Shown piece after piece: positions 38,401 to 50,374 of a stretch of 64,000 bases of DNA (positions are counted from its first letter, which is position 1; the number at the start of each line of letters is the position of its first letter). Source of the stretch: Takakia lepidozioides (taxonomy: Eukaryota > Plantae > Bryophyta); assembly GCA_030704615.1 (NCBI GenBank), contig CM060734.1:33604001-33668000 (forward strand), in the 5' to 3' direction. The translations under genes and the position numbers were made by a program. The notes below the pieces were generated by a model. The model was not told the origin of the DNA, did no database searches, and saw nothing but the letters and a program-made list of their open reading frames with translations.

Positions 38401-41400
38401 CACCAGGAAGCCGATGGAAATATCGGGGAGGCCTGCCCGCTGGGGAATGTGCAAAGGAGAGGCCAAGTCCAGGTAGAGGGAAGATCAAGACGCTCGAAGC
38501 TTTGGAGGCTATGGGTGTCAAGATATATGGAACGGAAACCATCGATGGTGGACTGGAGGGTGAAAATGTCTTGTGGGACAATATTGCAGGTTACCATGAC
38601 CAGAAAAGGTGCTCTTTTCTTGTCTGGAATTGTCTAGTCTTACCTTTGGGTTTGTCAAATATCTGCAACTTATCTGGATTTTGAACTGTTTCTGAACTCT
38701 TGCTTGGCAGCAATGCTCGAGTATGTAATACTCGTCAGGCCAAGATAAACATTCTCCTAGGAAATGAGAGCATCATAATAACCTAATTATCACTTTCCAA
38801 AAGTGCACTCTTTTGTGTAATGGCCGTCTCTCTCTCCTGGTTACATGGGTGATTTTTGGGTACACCTGACTCACCCATACCAATTTCAAGTTTGTGGAAT
38901 TATTATCAGGTTTGTGGTTTGTAATACATCCCTCAAAGCCAATTTTTGTAAGAAGGCAACGGCATGCACAACTTGCTATCCTATTGGAACACCGATATTA
39001 GAATTGTGTAAGATTTCACAGTGAGTCGTGGTACTGAACAGGGAGATAGAGGATGTGGTGCTACTGGCTTTGAAAAGGCCAGAGGTCTATGACAACATTG
39101 CACGCGGGACACGACGCAAGTTTGAATCAAACCGACCCCGCGCCATCCTCTTTGAAGGTCCTCCAGGTACTGGATTTGTGACACGAAAGATTCTGTTTAA
39201 ACTGAAGACATTCAAAGTTTTGCATGCAACTGGTGCTGATTGTATGGTGCAATTGTAGAAAGAGGGACAGAAAAGGAACAAAGAAACTTATCATGGCCAC
39301 TTGAGGCCCGGAGGACCCTTGGGACAGTAGAACAAAACAGTAGAACCACTGAAACCAAATAACAATGAAACCCAAACATTGCAAGGTAGAGCTAGTGCTT
39401 CATGCAGATAGCTACTATTGCAGGTCCTTATAGCTGAATGCTTCTGCTAAAGAGACAAGCAAATGAAATGAAATGGTGCTTTATAACATCTGCGGGAAGC
39501 TCAAAGAGCTTATGGGACAAGAGGAAGAAAGAAACAAAAGAGAGAGAGGGGCTTCTGATCCTCGTAATGGAAAACCTCCATGAGAGATTGGGTATCCTGG
39601 AATAGACAGTTGAATCTTCCATGGATTAAAGGGCAGTGATTACTGCATGTTCTTCACATTCGATCTCCATGTACTTCCCAGTACACGTGGGCCATAGTCG
39701 GTCTTCACGTTGCAGATTTTCCCACCTACTAGTTTCTATCCTCAGACTGTGGGAACCCACCCTGAACCTCCCCAATGCCCGTAGACGAGAGGGAGATAGA
39801 GCTGCAGACAGGTAATTAGCGCACAAGATCCTCTTGTCACATACAACCAAGAATGTCTCCCGATAGAATTGCAGCTTGATTGTTAGAGTGGCTGGTTTCC
39901 ATGTCCGTCTGACATGCAGTTCCGTAAGTTCTCTTCAGTCCTGTTTGGACGCAATATCCCCTCCGTATTTTGTGGCAGTAGGGAAGCAATGGAGAGTCCA
40001 CTGCGCTTCAAAAAGCTGGACAACTGAGCATGCAAAAAAGAATGAAATTTTATCTTGTAGAGAGACGGCCCATGAAAGAAGGAAGTGCTCCCACACAAGT
40101 GTCATTTTGTAAATATGTCACTGTCGGGCTCTAATATCAGATCCATGATGCAGAAGTTAGTTCATTTTCTAACCAAGCAAAAATCCTTCTGAGGTTTTCC
40201 TATGTAGATATGGATAGGAGGCTGCCAAAAATCTTCAACAAAGGTTTATTTCTGTGTTCAGGCATTCTCCTATCAGCATGCAAAGGTTTCTATCAGGAGA
40301 TGGATATGGATGGCCTTTGCTCTTTATCCTTCTATTTTTCTTCCGGTTGATGAGTTTGTGGCTCTCTCTCTCTTTCCAAACTTTCTGCCGTGACTCATGG
40401 ATGCCTTCTTTTGGTGATATAGGTACTGGCAAGACCTCGTGTGCACGAGTGATAGCAAGCCAAGCTGTAAGTGAAACAGAGCCTGTCAGCACCAACTTAT
40501 GTATGGCTGGCTGATTATTGGTCATGGCTGTGAAGTTCCCAGAAATCTAGGGTTCTTAAAATATCTGTGTAGACTTAGTCAGGAATAACACCAACAGGTG
40601 GAGGACATCCAAAATTTGGGAAGACTCATTTGGGCGCAGGGGTCCTGCGAGTGGGATGTTACATCCATACCATGGCCAGCTCAGTTATGGACATACAGTT
40701 TGTAGGTCTAATTTCATATTGCATTCACAGCTGTCTGGCTTGTTCATTTCAGTAGATGGAACTTGTTGGGTGTGGTTCGGGATACTAACCCTAGGAGATC
40801 TATGTCACAGGGTGTGCCATTGCTGTATGTTCCTTTGGAAGTGGTTATGTCGAAGTACTACGGGGAGAGTGAGCGGTTGCTTGCCTCTATTTTCAATGCA
40901 GGCAATGAGCTTCCTGACGGTGCCATTGTCTTCTTGGATGAGGTGTGTGGCCTTGCACCCCTCAATTGAAAATATATCTATTGTTTTGTTTCTCACTCTC
41001 TGTGTGGTGTGGTTGAGCTATGATCTTTAGGGATTCTTCATTTGTCTTGAGAAAAAGGGGCATCAGTAGTTACTATGTTGCACCCCTTCTAGTTGACATG
41101 TAGTTGTGGTCCAACTTTCTACATCTCAGTCGATGTCCTGGAGATTTAATTTGCACTGCTGCATTTTGCAGATTGACTCTTTAGCAACAACACGTGACAG
41201 TGAGATGCATGAAGCCACTCGCAGAATACTTTCTGTTCTGTTGAGGCAGGTTTGGATATTTCTCAATGAATGTCACTTATAAATTGTCTGAGATCATTTA
41301 GACTCGCTCTCTTTTGTGTGGAAGTTGTCCTCTGGTCATACAGTGTGAATGGCAGCCAACCACAGGCACATCTGACTTCTGGATGGGTCAGTATGGACAG

Positions 41401-42879
41401 AATCTTGATCACCCAAATTTGCCGGGGGGAACCTGTCTTGTCTAATTTTTATTTCTTTTTTCACTGATTGCAGTTTTGTGTTTGTCAGATGGATGGATTT
41501 GAACAAGACAAAAGGATAGTTGTCATTGCAGCTACCAATCGGAAACAAGATCTTGACCCAGCACTCCTAAGGTAGATTTGCTCACCTTTCCCTTGTAGTT
41601 TGATGGGCTATCATTGTCGGGCTCCAGGTGTGAATGCTTTTACTCGGGTGTCAATCATGAGGGAAGGTCTCACAACTCTCACTTCGAGGTATGTTTGTCA
41701 GGAGTTTGAGTTGTCGTACCTGCCATCAGTGTGATCTTCCTTTCATTTCATTTCAACCTGTAGGCAGATTCAACTGATTATGATAGCTTGTCCAAGTCAC
41801 TCGAGTTCTGATGCATGGTGTGCTTTTGTTTGGTGAAGCCGGTTTGATTCCTCCGTAGCCTTTAACTTGCCTGATCAAACCACCCGCGAGGAGATTGCAG
41901 CACAGTATGCACGCCACTTGACTACTACAGAGCTAAAGTCTTTGGCCTCTGTAAGTGATGGGTAAGCTCTCTGACATCTAAAAATGACCAAAGTTTGTGA
42001 GGCTGGTTAGTGCTAGAAGTGCATCCTTTTTTTGGTACATCTATCACTCTAATGACTGCCAACAGAAATTCTCTTCCTCTGGATTGGCAAAAATGAAATA
42101 CTACTGTAGAGAGCCTCATTCTGGGGGGAGTCTCCTTTGCAATGGTTTGGCACCCAAAGTCGAAATTTATAGAATGTATATAAACTGTTCATTGCATAGT
42201 CTGTTCATTGCAGTATTGCTTAGTCATTGCTCCTTCAGGTTTTGATCTCATCCAACATTGGCTGTTCTGGTCCTAGCACATACACCCATCTCATCAAGAC
42301 GTTCAATCAGCAGGTGATGCAGGCTTGAATATATGAAGGGCCAAAATGTTGGTATGCTGTGGGAAACTCTAAAAACTTTGGGAGTGAAGCATGAGTATGT
42401 TATAAACTTAAAGGCTGGTGTGGTGTGTTGCAGCATGTCGGGTCGAGACATTCATGACGTATGCCAACAAGCCGAGCGGCGCTGGGCTTCCAAGGTTTGT
42501 ACCTTTAGCATGCATTTGAAATGCTGAACGATTGCAGAATTATCCAGACTCACCAAAGAGACTTACAGATAAATTTTCCGGTGAGACTCATCGGCTACTG
42601 TGATTAATATCAATAGATAGCTCACAACAGGAAACTCAGTACTTGGTTCATTACTAACAGTAGCTTGCAGTATGAGGCTCGATGGGGTTCCATCTGTTGC
42701 TAAGAGTGCTGTTATTACTTCCATATGTGCAGCTTATTAGAGGCCTTGCAGGCACCCCACCAACACATGGCCTTCCTCCAATCCAAGAGTACATTGACTG
42801 TGCTGACCAAAGGCGGCAGACCATCATTAGCTCGACTCACAGCAATGGAGACTATTTTCGCGTGGGTCAAGTTACATGA
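35427..42879 (+). CDS. AAA+ ATPase, At4g04180-like (single AAA domain); multi-exon, first exon not located
   Basis: Exons ~35427-35614, 35836-35901, 36279-36455, 36793-36926, ~37585-37760, 38196-38608, 39042-39166, 40423-40466, 40811-40942, 41172-41249, 41489-41571, 41839-41961, 42434-42494, 42733-42879. Motifs WDNIAGY, RPRAILFEGPP|GTGKT (Walker A), IVFLDE (Walker B), IAATNRKQDLDPAL (SRH), MSGRDI, LPPIQEY. Confidence 0.92.
39620..40050 (-). mobile_element. Non-LTR retrotransposon C-terminal fragment (RTE/L2-like) inside an intron
   Basis: YLSAAL...LGRFRVGSHSLRIETSRW...REDRLW..C.....ECEEH resembles the C-terminal zinc motif of RTE-X/L2/CR1-group LINEs. Confidence 0.7.
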
Positions 42880-43473
42880 GGCCAGGAGAGGTTCTGGCTA
42901 CCGAGCCTTTAGCTAGTGCTAGAAAGGTCTCAGCTGGAAAACAATGGAATCGTTACCTGCAGGACAAGAATTAGGTGTAAGTTGGGTTGGTAGAATGGTC
43001 ACAAGTGGATGGCCTGGAAAGAAATCTCATCTTTCCTCCAGATTTTGTTTACACTGTGATTTCACGTCTTAGTGAGTGTGTTCTGGAATGTTTGCTATTC
43101 ACTGTGATGTGCATGTTGGTCCCAGATTGGTGTACATAATCTCTACTACCTGGACATTGAAGTAACTTCTGTGGCACCCTTTCAATTCGGCACTGATCTT
43201 TCAGTCAGGTTCCTGCATTTTACAAAGAGAAGTTAAGCCAATGTGGTACTCCACTACAAGCAGAACACAGTTTTGAATTTCCTGATTGGCTGTATTCAAA
43301 ACTCTGGAGGAACAACTCCAGCTGATATGCATGCTAACGTAGAAGTGAGCGCTGGTGAATGGCAAAAATGGCACAAATGGAACCCAATGGCAAGTTGGGT
43401 GGGTGAAAGTGTATGGATAATCCCAAGGAGGACATGCTTTTAGTTGTCGTCAGTTCATAGCAAAGGTACTTTC

Positions 43474-44135
43474 CAGTGTTGTGCGGGTACCGCTTAGGCA
43501 GGTTGCAACCGGTACTGGAACCGGAACCGGGGCAGTAGGGACGAGCCGGTTCCAGAACCGGAACCGGCGGGTACGGGTTTTTCCAGGAACCGGAACCGGG
43601 GGGTCAGTGGTGGTTCCGGATCCGGTTACCGCACTAGTTTTTTTTTTTTTTTTTTTTTTCCCCGATCTGTCGTCTCTCACCTCCAATCTGCGCGATCTGC
43701 TGCAGTAGCGCGACTTCAACGCGGGGGAGCAGTGCATAGCAGGGCGGGCCAGAGGGATCAGCGCACCAGCGCGTGAGGGAGGGAGCAGCCTAGCAGTGCG
43801 GGGAGAGGTGGCAGCGTTTTTTTTATTTTTTTGGGGGGGGGTTGGGGTGTGTTTTGTTTGTCCTGGTTCTGTGGTCACCTCCCACCTGCGCGAGCATCGG
43901 TGCGGGGGAGGGAGCAACGCCTCAGCGCGTGGGGGAGGCCGGAGCGTAGGCAGCAGGATTTTTTTTTTGTTTGTTTTCCACGTTGTATATGAATGTTGTT
44001 TCTTTTCAACATAGTCAAAATATTTGATACAACTAACAAATCATTTTCAGATTTATAAAAAAATGATCAAAAATTTAATATATATTTTTAAATTCAAAAA
44101 ATAGAGAACCGGAACCAGAAACTGGAACCGGCTTT
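43474..44135. mobile_element. hAT-like non-autonomous element with GGAACC repeats
   Basis: Starts CAGTGTTG. Arrays of GAACCG at 43490-43630 and 44105-44132, with a GC-rich core. Confidence 0.55.
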
Positions 44136-44199
44136 TCTTCCATCTCTGGATTACTTAAGCATGTTGGTTGCTCACAGCTGATCCGCACGCTTTTTAGTA

Positions 44200-44760
44200 T
44201 TCCCAGGCCTTATAAGAATGTTGGCCTGCTTCATTTGTCTTCTTATCTTCATGACTAATTCTTGACACAATATGAGTTGAACGCTACTAATGCTGATTCT
44301 TGTGTTTATGTGAACCCAACCAAGCCTACTATCATAGTGGCCATCTTTGTTGATGATGGTCTGGGAGGATATACAAATACAACGAAACTCACACAGGTTG
44401 TTACCCATCTCATGAAAACCGTGTTTGAAGTGACAGCGGGACATGTTGATTGCTATGTTGGACTTCACATAAGCAGATACCGTGGTCAGGGAGCCATCAA
44501 TATTGACCAGACACAATATATACTTCACATCTTGCTGAAATTTGGTTTTGTTGATGCACATGTTGTTTCCAAGGTTTCCATGCCAATGGATCCAAATGTT
44601 CACCTCTAGGTTGGAGTGTTGACGATGCGGATGATCCCAGCTTGAGACTGTAGGAAGTATTATATTTGCAATGATGGGATCCAGACCTAACATTGCTTTT
44701 GCTGTGGAAACAGTGGCAAAGTTCGGGGTATTGTAATTCATTGTGCAGTCGATCCAATGA
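44200..44760 (+). mobile_element. Ty1/copia RT fragment
   Basis: ADSCVYV...IVAIFVDDGL, IDQTQYILHILLKFG, PMDP, VGSIIFAM..SRPNIAFAV. Confidence 0.85.
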
Positions 44761-45024
44761 AATACAATGTTTACACTGTTGGTCTAGATTCTGAGTAAGG
44801 ACATGCCAGATCTTTCATCTTGCCGCTCCACCCTGTTGGCTATGGTTTGGGCCCACTTACCCCCTTGCACTAGATGTTCTTTTCGTTGTGTAGCCTGCTG
44901 CCTTGGGTCGCATGGGAGACTTTACAGGGATGGTCGCCAGAGGGGAGACACGGCCTTTGTAGGATCTGCTGTCAAATCCCACCTTGGGCCCTGCATGTAC
45001 ATTAAGTGTAGGGGAAGGTTCCTA

Positions 45025-45110
45025 CTCGAGGGCATTCCACGATTTAAGGGCTGCCTGCAGAGGGCGTTAGCCCGAGGCTGGCAGCCCGAAAATCGTGGAA
45101 TGCCCGCGGG
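45025..45110. repeat. GC-rich hairpin (~26-bp stem)
   Basis: GGGCATTCCACGATTT-AA-GGGCTGCC (to 45055) pairs with GGCAGCCC-GA-AAATCGTGGAATGCCC (45080-45105). Confidence 0.85.
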
Positions 45111-45427
45111 CAGGGGCCCTCCTGAACGTGAAGAACGGCTCAGGATTTTGATCCAATCTGCAGAATGTTCTTCCAATTTGAGCGGGAGTATTTCGAGTCA
45201 TATTCCCGTTAGGGAGGGACCTTGAATCATATAAGAAAATTCTGGGCACTTCTAATTTACAACATACATGCGATTAAAAAAATGACGTGGAACATTCCAC
45301 AACCTAGATCTGCCAGTTTTTTGCAACAATCCTTTGTGCATTTGTCTAGTCTACTGACCCAATTGAACTACAACATGCTTGCCCATTTTCATCCAGATAT
45401 GGGCAGAACCAACAAATTGTAATTAAC

Positions 45428-45620
45428 TTACCACCTCAATTGGAATGATAGCACTAGTATTGAATGTCAAGTGCCAACCAACCCAAGTGCGTTTGGGCTC
45501 AAATCTTGCTACTTACTGTGGCATACTTCATTGTATGCGATGGTGTCTTATGCTCGCTCCGGGGTTACTTTGAAAGATGTTATTTCCTCCTCTCACTGTA
45601 ATTAAGGGGTCTGATTTAGT
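45428..45620 (+). mobile_element. SINE family A, degenerate copy
   Basis: GGCTCAAATCTTGCTAC...GGTTACTTTGAAAGATGTTATTTCCTCCTCTCACTGTAATTAAGGGGTCTGATTT. Confidence 0.6.
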
Positions 45621-46213
45621 TTATTGTTCTTAAAGAAAAAAGGATAGAGCCGCATAATGGGAAGGCTCTAAAACAAGACCACCAATTTATCAACGAGCCC
45701 AAAAAATGGGGCTTTTAGGGGGACAAGATGCATGGAAGCTTGTGAGTTATGATGAGAGCGTAAGGCTCCATAATGGGGGGGGGGAGGGAAGAGATCTGCA
45801 GAGTATTAAGAAATTTGCAGATCTCGCATGAACCAACACCCAGAATATGAGGGCACAACACAGGGGTCCCTCAACCCTTAGTGCCAGGTTCCATGGGCTC
45901 CCCCAAGGAGGTCCAATCTCCCCTAAAAAACGCTAAGGGGTGGTTCCATGGAGACCATCCCATCCTCCCCCTCTAATTCATGGCACTTGGTGCCATGTGG
46001 GCCCGTGACATACTAAATGACAATTAATCCAGCTAAGAAATTATCAAAATGTCATCCAATATTTCCCCATGTCTCTTACTCTTGGATGAAATGCAATAGC
46101 CTTTTGCAAGGCTGTGGGCCCCGCTACATGGAAAAGACTAACTACCTGTGAAGGGGCGCCACGAAACTTGATGGCCCTTTGTAATGGGATGTCTTTTTTG
46201 TGCCCCTCCGCAA

Positions 46214-46392
46214 GGGCGATTTGGTGATGCCCCTTAGGGAATATTTGTCTTAGACCAGCAGTGCCTAGTTAAACGTGGGGGCAATTCGGAGTATGGGCGA
46301 TTTGGTGGCGCCCCTTAGGGAATGTACGTTTTAGACCAGTAGCACCTCGTTAAACGTGGGGGCGATTCACTTAGGGGCGATTGGGAATGCCC
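46214..46392. repeat. Tandem repeat, ~81-bp unit, about 2.2 copies
   Basis: GGGCGATTTGGTG..GCCCCTTAGGGAAT...TTAGACCAG...TTAAACGTGGGGGC at 46214 and 46295, partial at 46375. Confidence 0.85.
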
Positions 46393-48930
46393 ATGGATCT
46401 TGACATTTATTCATCCCTAAAAGACGATGCGATCCCTCTCGGGTCGCGTCGTTTTTTCTGCTTAGCTGTACATGATCAGCAATGTTGTTTTTTGACAGGT
46501 AGCCCTACCTTTTTTGTGACTAGTTATTTTTTTTTTAAAAACTTTCATTATAACATACAACTTTGAGAAAATGCCTTTCACATGACAGGTTGACAGATTT
46601 TTGACCTTTCACACAATTTTGTCATATGAAATTAAAACGAAAAATGGAAAGAAGTATGAACTTCTCTTACAATTACAATTAGTGAAGCTCCAGTCCGTGA
46701 ATACATAAGGTATTGTCTTTACTATTTTCATGGGTTCCAACCCAAACATGTAAGCATTCTTACCACTTATTCTCTAACTATAAGACTTTAGCATTTTTAA
46801 CCTCTTCATACATAGCCCCAAACCTATCTTCTTTGAGATATATTTTCTTGGCTTATCAATGAGCTAGGAAGTACAATATGCCAGCTAATTGTAAGTTTGT
46901 AAGTAGATTTTGAGTCATGCAGGATGGCCGTGTCGAATTAGGTGCAGTTGTTTGAATATGGCACCTCCTCCACAACAAATGCTTTTGAAACAGGATCAGG
47001 AGAGGGACTCAAGAAGATTTTTTCTGGCACTGCTGTGGTTGTGGGTACACCATGTAAGGGATAACAAGTCAAACAGGCGCTGCACGTTTTGAACCAGCAA
47101 TTCATTTTGGCCGCCAGACTCCAGTACTTAATTGTGCATTTTACAAGGGTGTATCAAGAGTACAGACCTAGAAACAAGAACGCAAGTGCATGCCCACATT
47201 ATCCAAAATGGATCCAAGCCAAATATCTGTCTACTCAACACCCTTGTCAAAAAAAAAACTAGAATGGAGGTTGGAGCACGCATAGGAAACAAATAGGGAG
47301 AGCCTAGAGGTTTAAGACTTGAAACAGCAGCGGGCAGTGGCTCGGTGAGGCTCCCCTAGGTGGACTTACTAATAAGATTAACAACAACTACTAACAATTT
47401 ATACTTTTTTTAGCCTCTCCTAGGTGGACTTACAAAGAAAATTGCTAATAACTATCAGTAATCGCAGATTCTCTATTCATAATTTGTGCCTTTCAGGCTT
47501 TGTGAGCCTCTTAATAATAAAATTACCCCTAATTATCAGAATTTTTTGCCTTTCTTTTGACAGGCTACTTTTGTTTTTTGACTTTCACTATGACAGGCAT
47601 TTGTTTTTTTGTTTTTTTGGACAGGGGGATTGTATCCCTGTTTTACTTTATTATAAGAGAATGACATTTTTTTCTCAGTGCCTTTCTTTTGACAGGCAGA
47701 TTTTTTTTTTTCTTGCCTTTTTTTGCTTGTTTTATGACAGGTGCAAAAATCAGCCTTGGTGAGGATGGTATCCGATGGAGGTGGGCCCCAAAGCAGAGTT
47801 GTAGCTTACATTGTCATTGTCAGCTATTGAATGCACTAAACGCTGCGCCATTTGGATCACTACAATGTCGTCTAGGATATTTGACATGTGTGAAAGTGCA
47901 TATTTTGTATGGTGTACATCTGTTGACTATGCGACGTGGACCAATGAGTGCCTGGAGCCAAGACACGTTTCCTGCCACTGTTGAAAAGTGGATAATCTAC
48001 CGTATGCCACATCCCTAGCCAAACTTGGAAATTCCAATGTGAATTAGTGCATTAAATCTCTTTGTATTTTCTACCTGACATCTACTCACTATTGAAAATT
48101 TCAATTTCACACAAAATTTCTGCTGCTCGCTGCATCTAAGGAAAAGCCTTGTTCTTTTTCCCCACAGGTACCCATAAGCAGTTACATACAAAGGAACACT
48201 AATGAAATGAAATTAGGTCATTACATGCTGAATTTGGACACAATGTCAGAGGGGAACCCTAGAACTGGAGCATGGAGAAAATTGGTGGTCAAACCAAGTT
48301 TTTCCATGAGTTTGAGCCTACAATTTGGGGGTCATTCCCACATTATAATGACATGAGAATTTAGTTACTGACAGCATTGTACAATTCATCCACGTGGATG
48401 AACCTTGGCAGCAACATACATCCACTCGAGTCAGGCCATGTCAGGTTTTTCTGGAAAGTCACAAAAAAACTCTGGTCCTTTAGGGGTTACTTAAGGGCCC
48501 ATGAGACCCCTCTTGGGTTTCTAGGAAGTATATTTTTCTATCTTTTTTTTTTTTTTGCAGATATTAATATTTTTTAATGATTCCACCTGCAATTAATTTT
48601 CTGACAGCCTGGCCCACCCTCTCACGTTGAAAGCAACAAATTTTAATGAATTACAGGACCAGTAGATTTTCTAGAAAAACCAAGGGGTCATGAAATTGGA
48701 GCATGCAGAGTTGACTGTCTACGTGGTGAGTTATAATTGACTCACAGCTGGGCGCAATGGGGAGCCTTCTTTTGTAAATTCTACCATTGAATTTACAGTT
48801 TGTTTTTACTAGACTTACTATTGTAGTGTAATGCACACCCTTACTGCGGAAATTGAGTCAAACATCTAGTTACAAAGGAGTTGATTTTTGCAATGGGCTC
48901 TTCTTGAATTGCTAAGCTATGAAGGTCATT

Positions 48931-49185
48931 ACCACCAGCCGGTAGCTCAGTTTGATAGAGCACTGAGTGCCACCCAGGTGATTCTGGGTTCAAATCGTGC
49001 TACCTTGTCGGGTGTGGTATTTTCTTCTCCCCTTCCATTGGGCAGTGTCCCTAGAGCCCTGCGCTTGCGCGCCTCATGGCGAGGTTACTGTGAAAGAGGT
49101 TATTTTCTCCTCTCACCACAATTAAGGGGCCTGATTTGTGAGCAGTCGCACTGGCTTAATTTATTTTTATTTTATTTTTTTAAAT
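48931..49185 (+). mobile_element. SINE family A (tRNA-derived), most complete copy
   Basis: A box TAGCTCAGTTTGA (48943), B box GGTTCAAATC (48987), shared 3' body, AT-rich tail. Confidence 0.8.
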
Positions 49186-49605
49186 CATTTTGACCCCCCC
49201 AATAAGCACATATAAAGGACCCTAATAACAAAAAAGGTTGTTTGGCTTTAAAGTTCTAGAGTACTAAGCTAGGCTACCATACCACTTTTCTATGTGGGAG
49301 GTAGGAGCAGGAAAAATCATCCCATCGGTCAAAGCTTAAGTTTCATACTTTGCAAACTCCAAAAACAAGAAAGCACCCGCTAAAACACTAAAATCTCTCT
49401 TGTTGTGTGGTCAATTTCTCCACAATCTCACGGGCGGATGTACAAGGTTCAAATTTTTGGATCTAATATGGTAGGTGTATAGCCTCAATTAATTCACCAA
49501 AGGTTACTTTCTGGGGACTGAAATTTGCCCATGGCAGGCCCCTAAGGGTTAAGACGTTAAGACAACAAGAGTGGAAGAAGGAGCCTGCTCAACCCACAAC
49601 CAGCA

Positions 49606-49735
49606 TGTAGCCCAGTGGTAATGGGCACATATCGCGTTGGATGTGGTTGTGGTTGTGGGTTCAAACCACGGTCTGGTGTGTCATGAAGGTGTCCAGTGTC
49701 CACCTTTCAGCTGGAAGGCAGTAGCCCTTGTGGAG
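49606..49735 (+). mobile_element. SINE family B (tRNA-derived)
   Basis: A box TAGCCCAGTGGT, B box GGTTCAAACC; matches the minus-strand copy at 33640-33766. Confidence 0.75.
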
Positions 49736-50374
49736 CTGGAAAGAGCACTTCCATTGCAGAAAGAAGAATGTCCCCTCTCGCCCAAGAGCATCCAAGCTTC
49801 CTTGAACCCTCATGAGAATTAATTTCCCTTTCAAAATTGAGGCAAGAAAAAATAGAAAGATGAGCACCGTGGCGGTGGCCCACTGGTTGGTTCAGAGATT
49901 GATCATATGGGTCTGGGGTTCAATCTTCAGATCCTTCTTGTTAGCCTCATGGCTCACAGATGAGAGGGGGTTTTAGAGTGAAGATTTGTGGACATGTGAG
50001 TGACTCAGACAGAGTCCTGAGCAGCCGCCCACGATTCGAGGACTGCACAGTGGATTTAACAAATCAGATCAGAGATTCCCGGTCTCTGATCCCTTTTGGT
50101 GGTTGAGACGGGAGAGAGAGAGAGAGGAATATGTCACGTTCCCCAAGCCAGGATTGTCTCTTGAAGCAGTTGACAGATTTTATATTCCTAAAACTTGGTC
50201 ATTTGTAGCTTGGTGAGAGGTGAAGATCGGGCAGCAGGGTATGCTGTAGCCGCGAGCTCTACTCAGAGAGCAGTGCCCAGTCAATTCTCACTTGTAAGAG
50301 AAGCGCGTATAGAAGGTCCTCAATTGGTCTTGCCATCTTTGACTCTTGGTGCTTTGCGTCTGCAGCAAGCAGCT

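Noticed and set aside
43490-43630. CRISPR-like or coding (GTGT…) repeats
   Set aside because: These are short irregular GAACCG subterminal motifs of a MITE, with no repeat-spacer periodicity, in a eukaryotic context.
48935-49010. Functional tRNA genes
   Set aside because: A/B boxes are present but no complete cloverleaf; they continue into shared SINE bodies.
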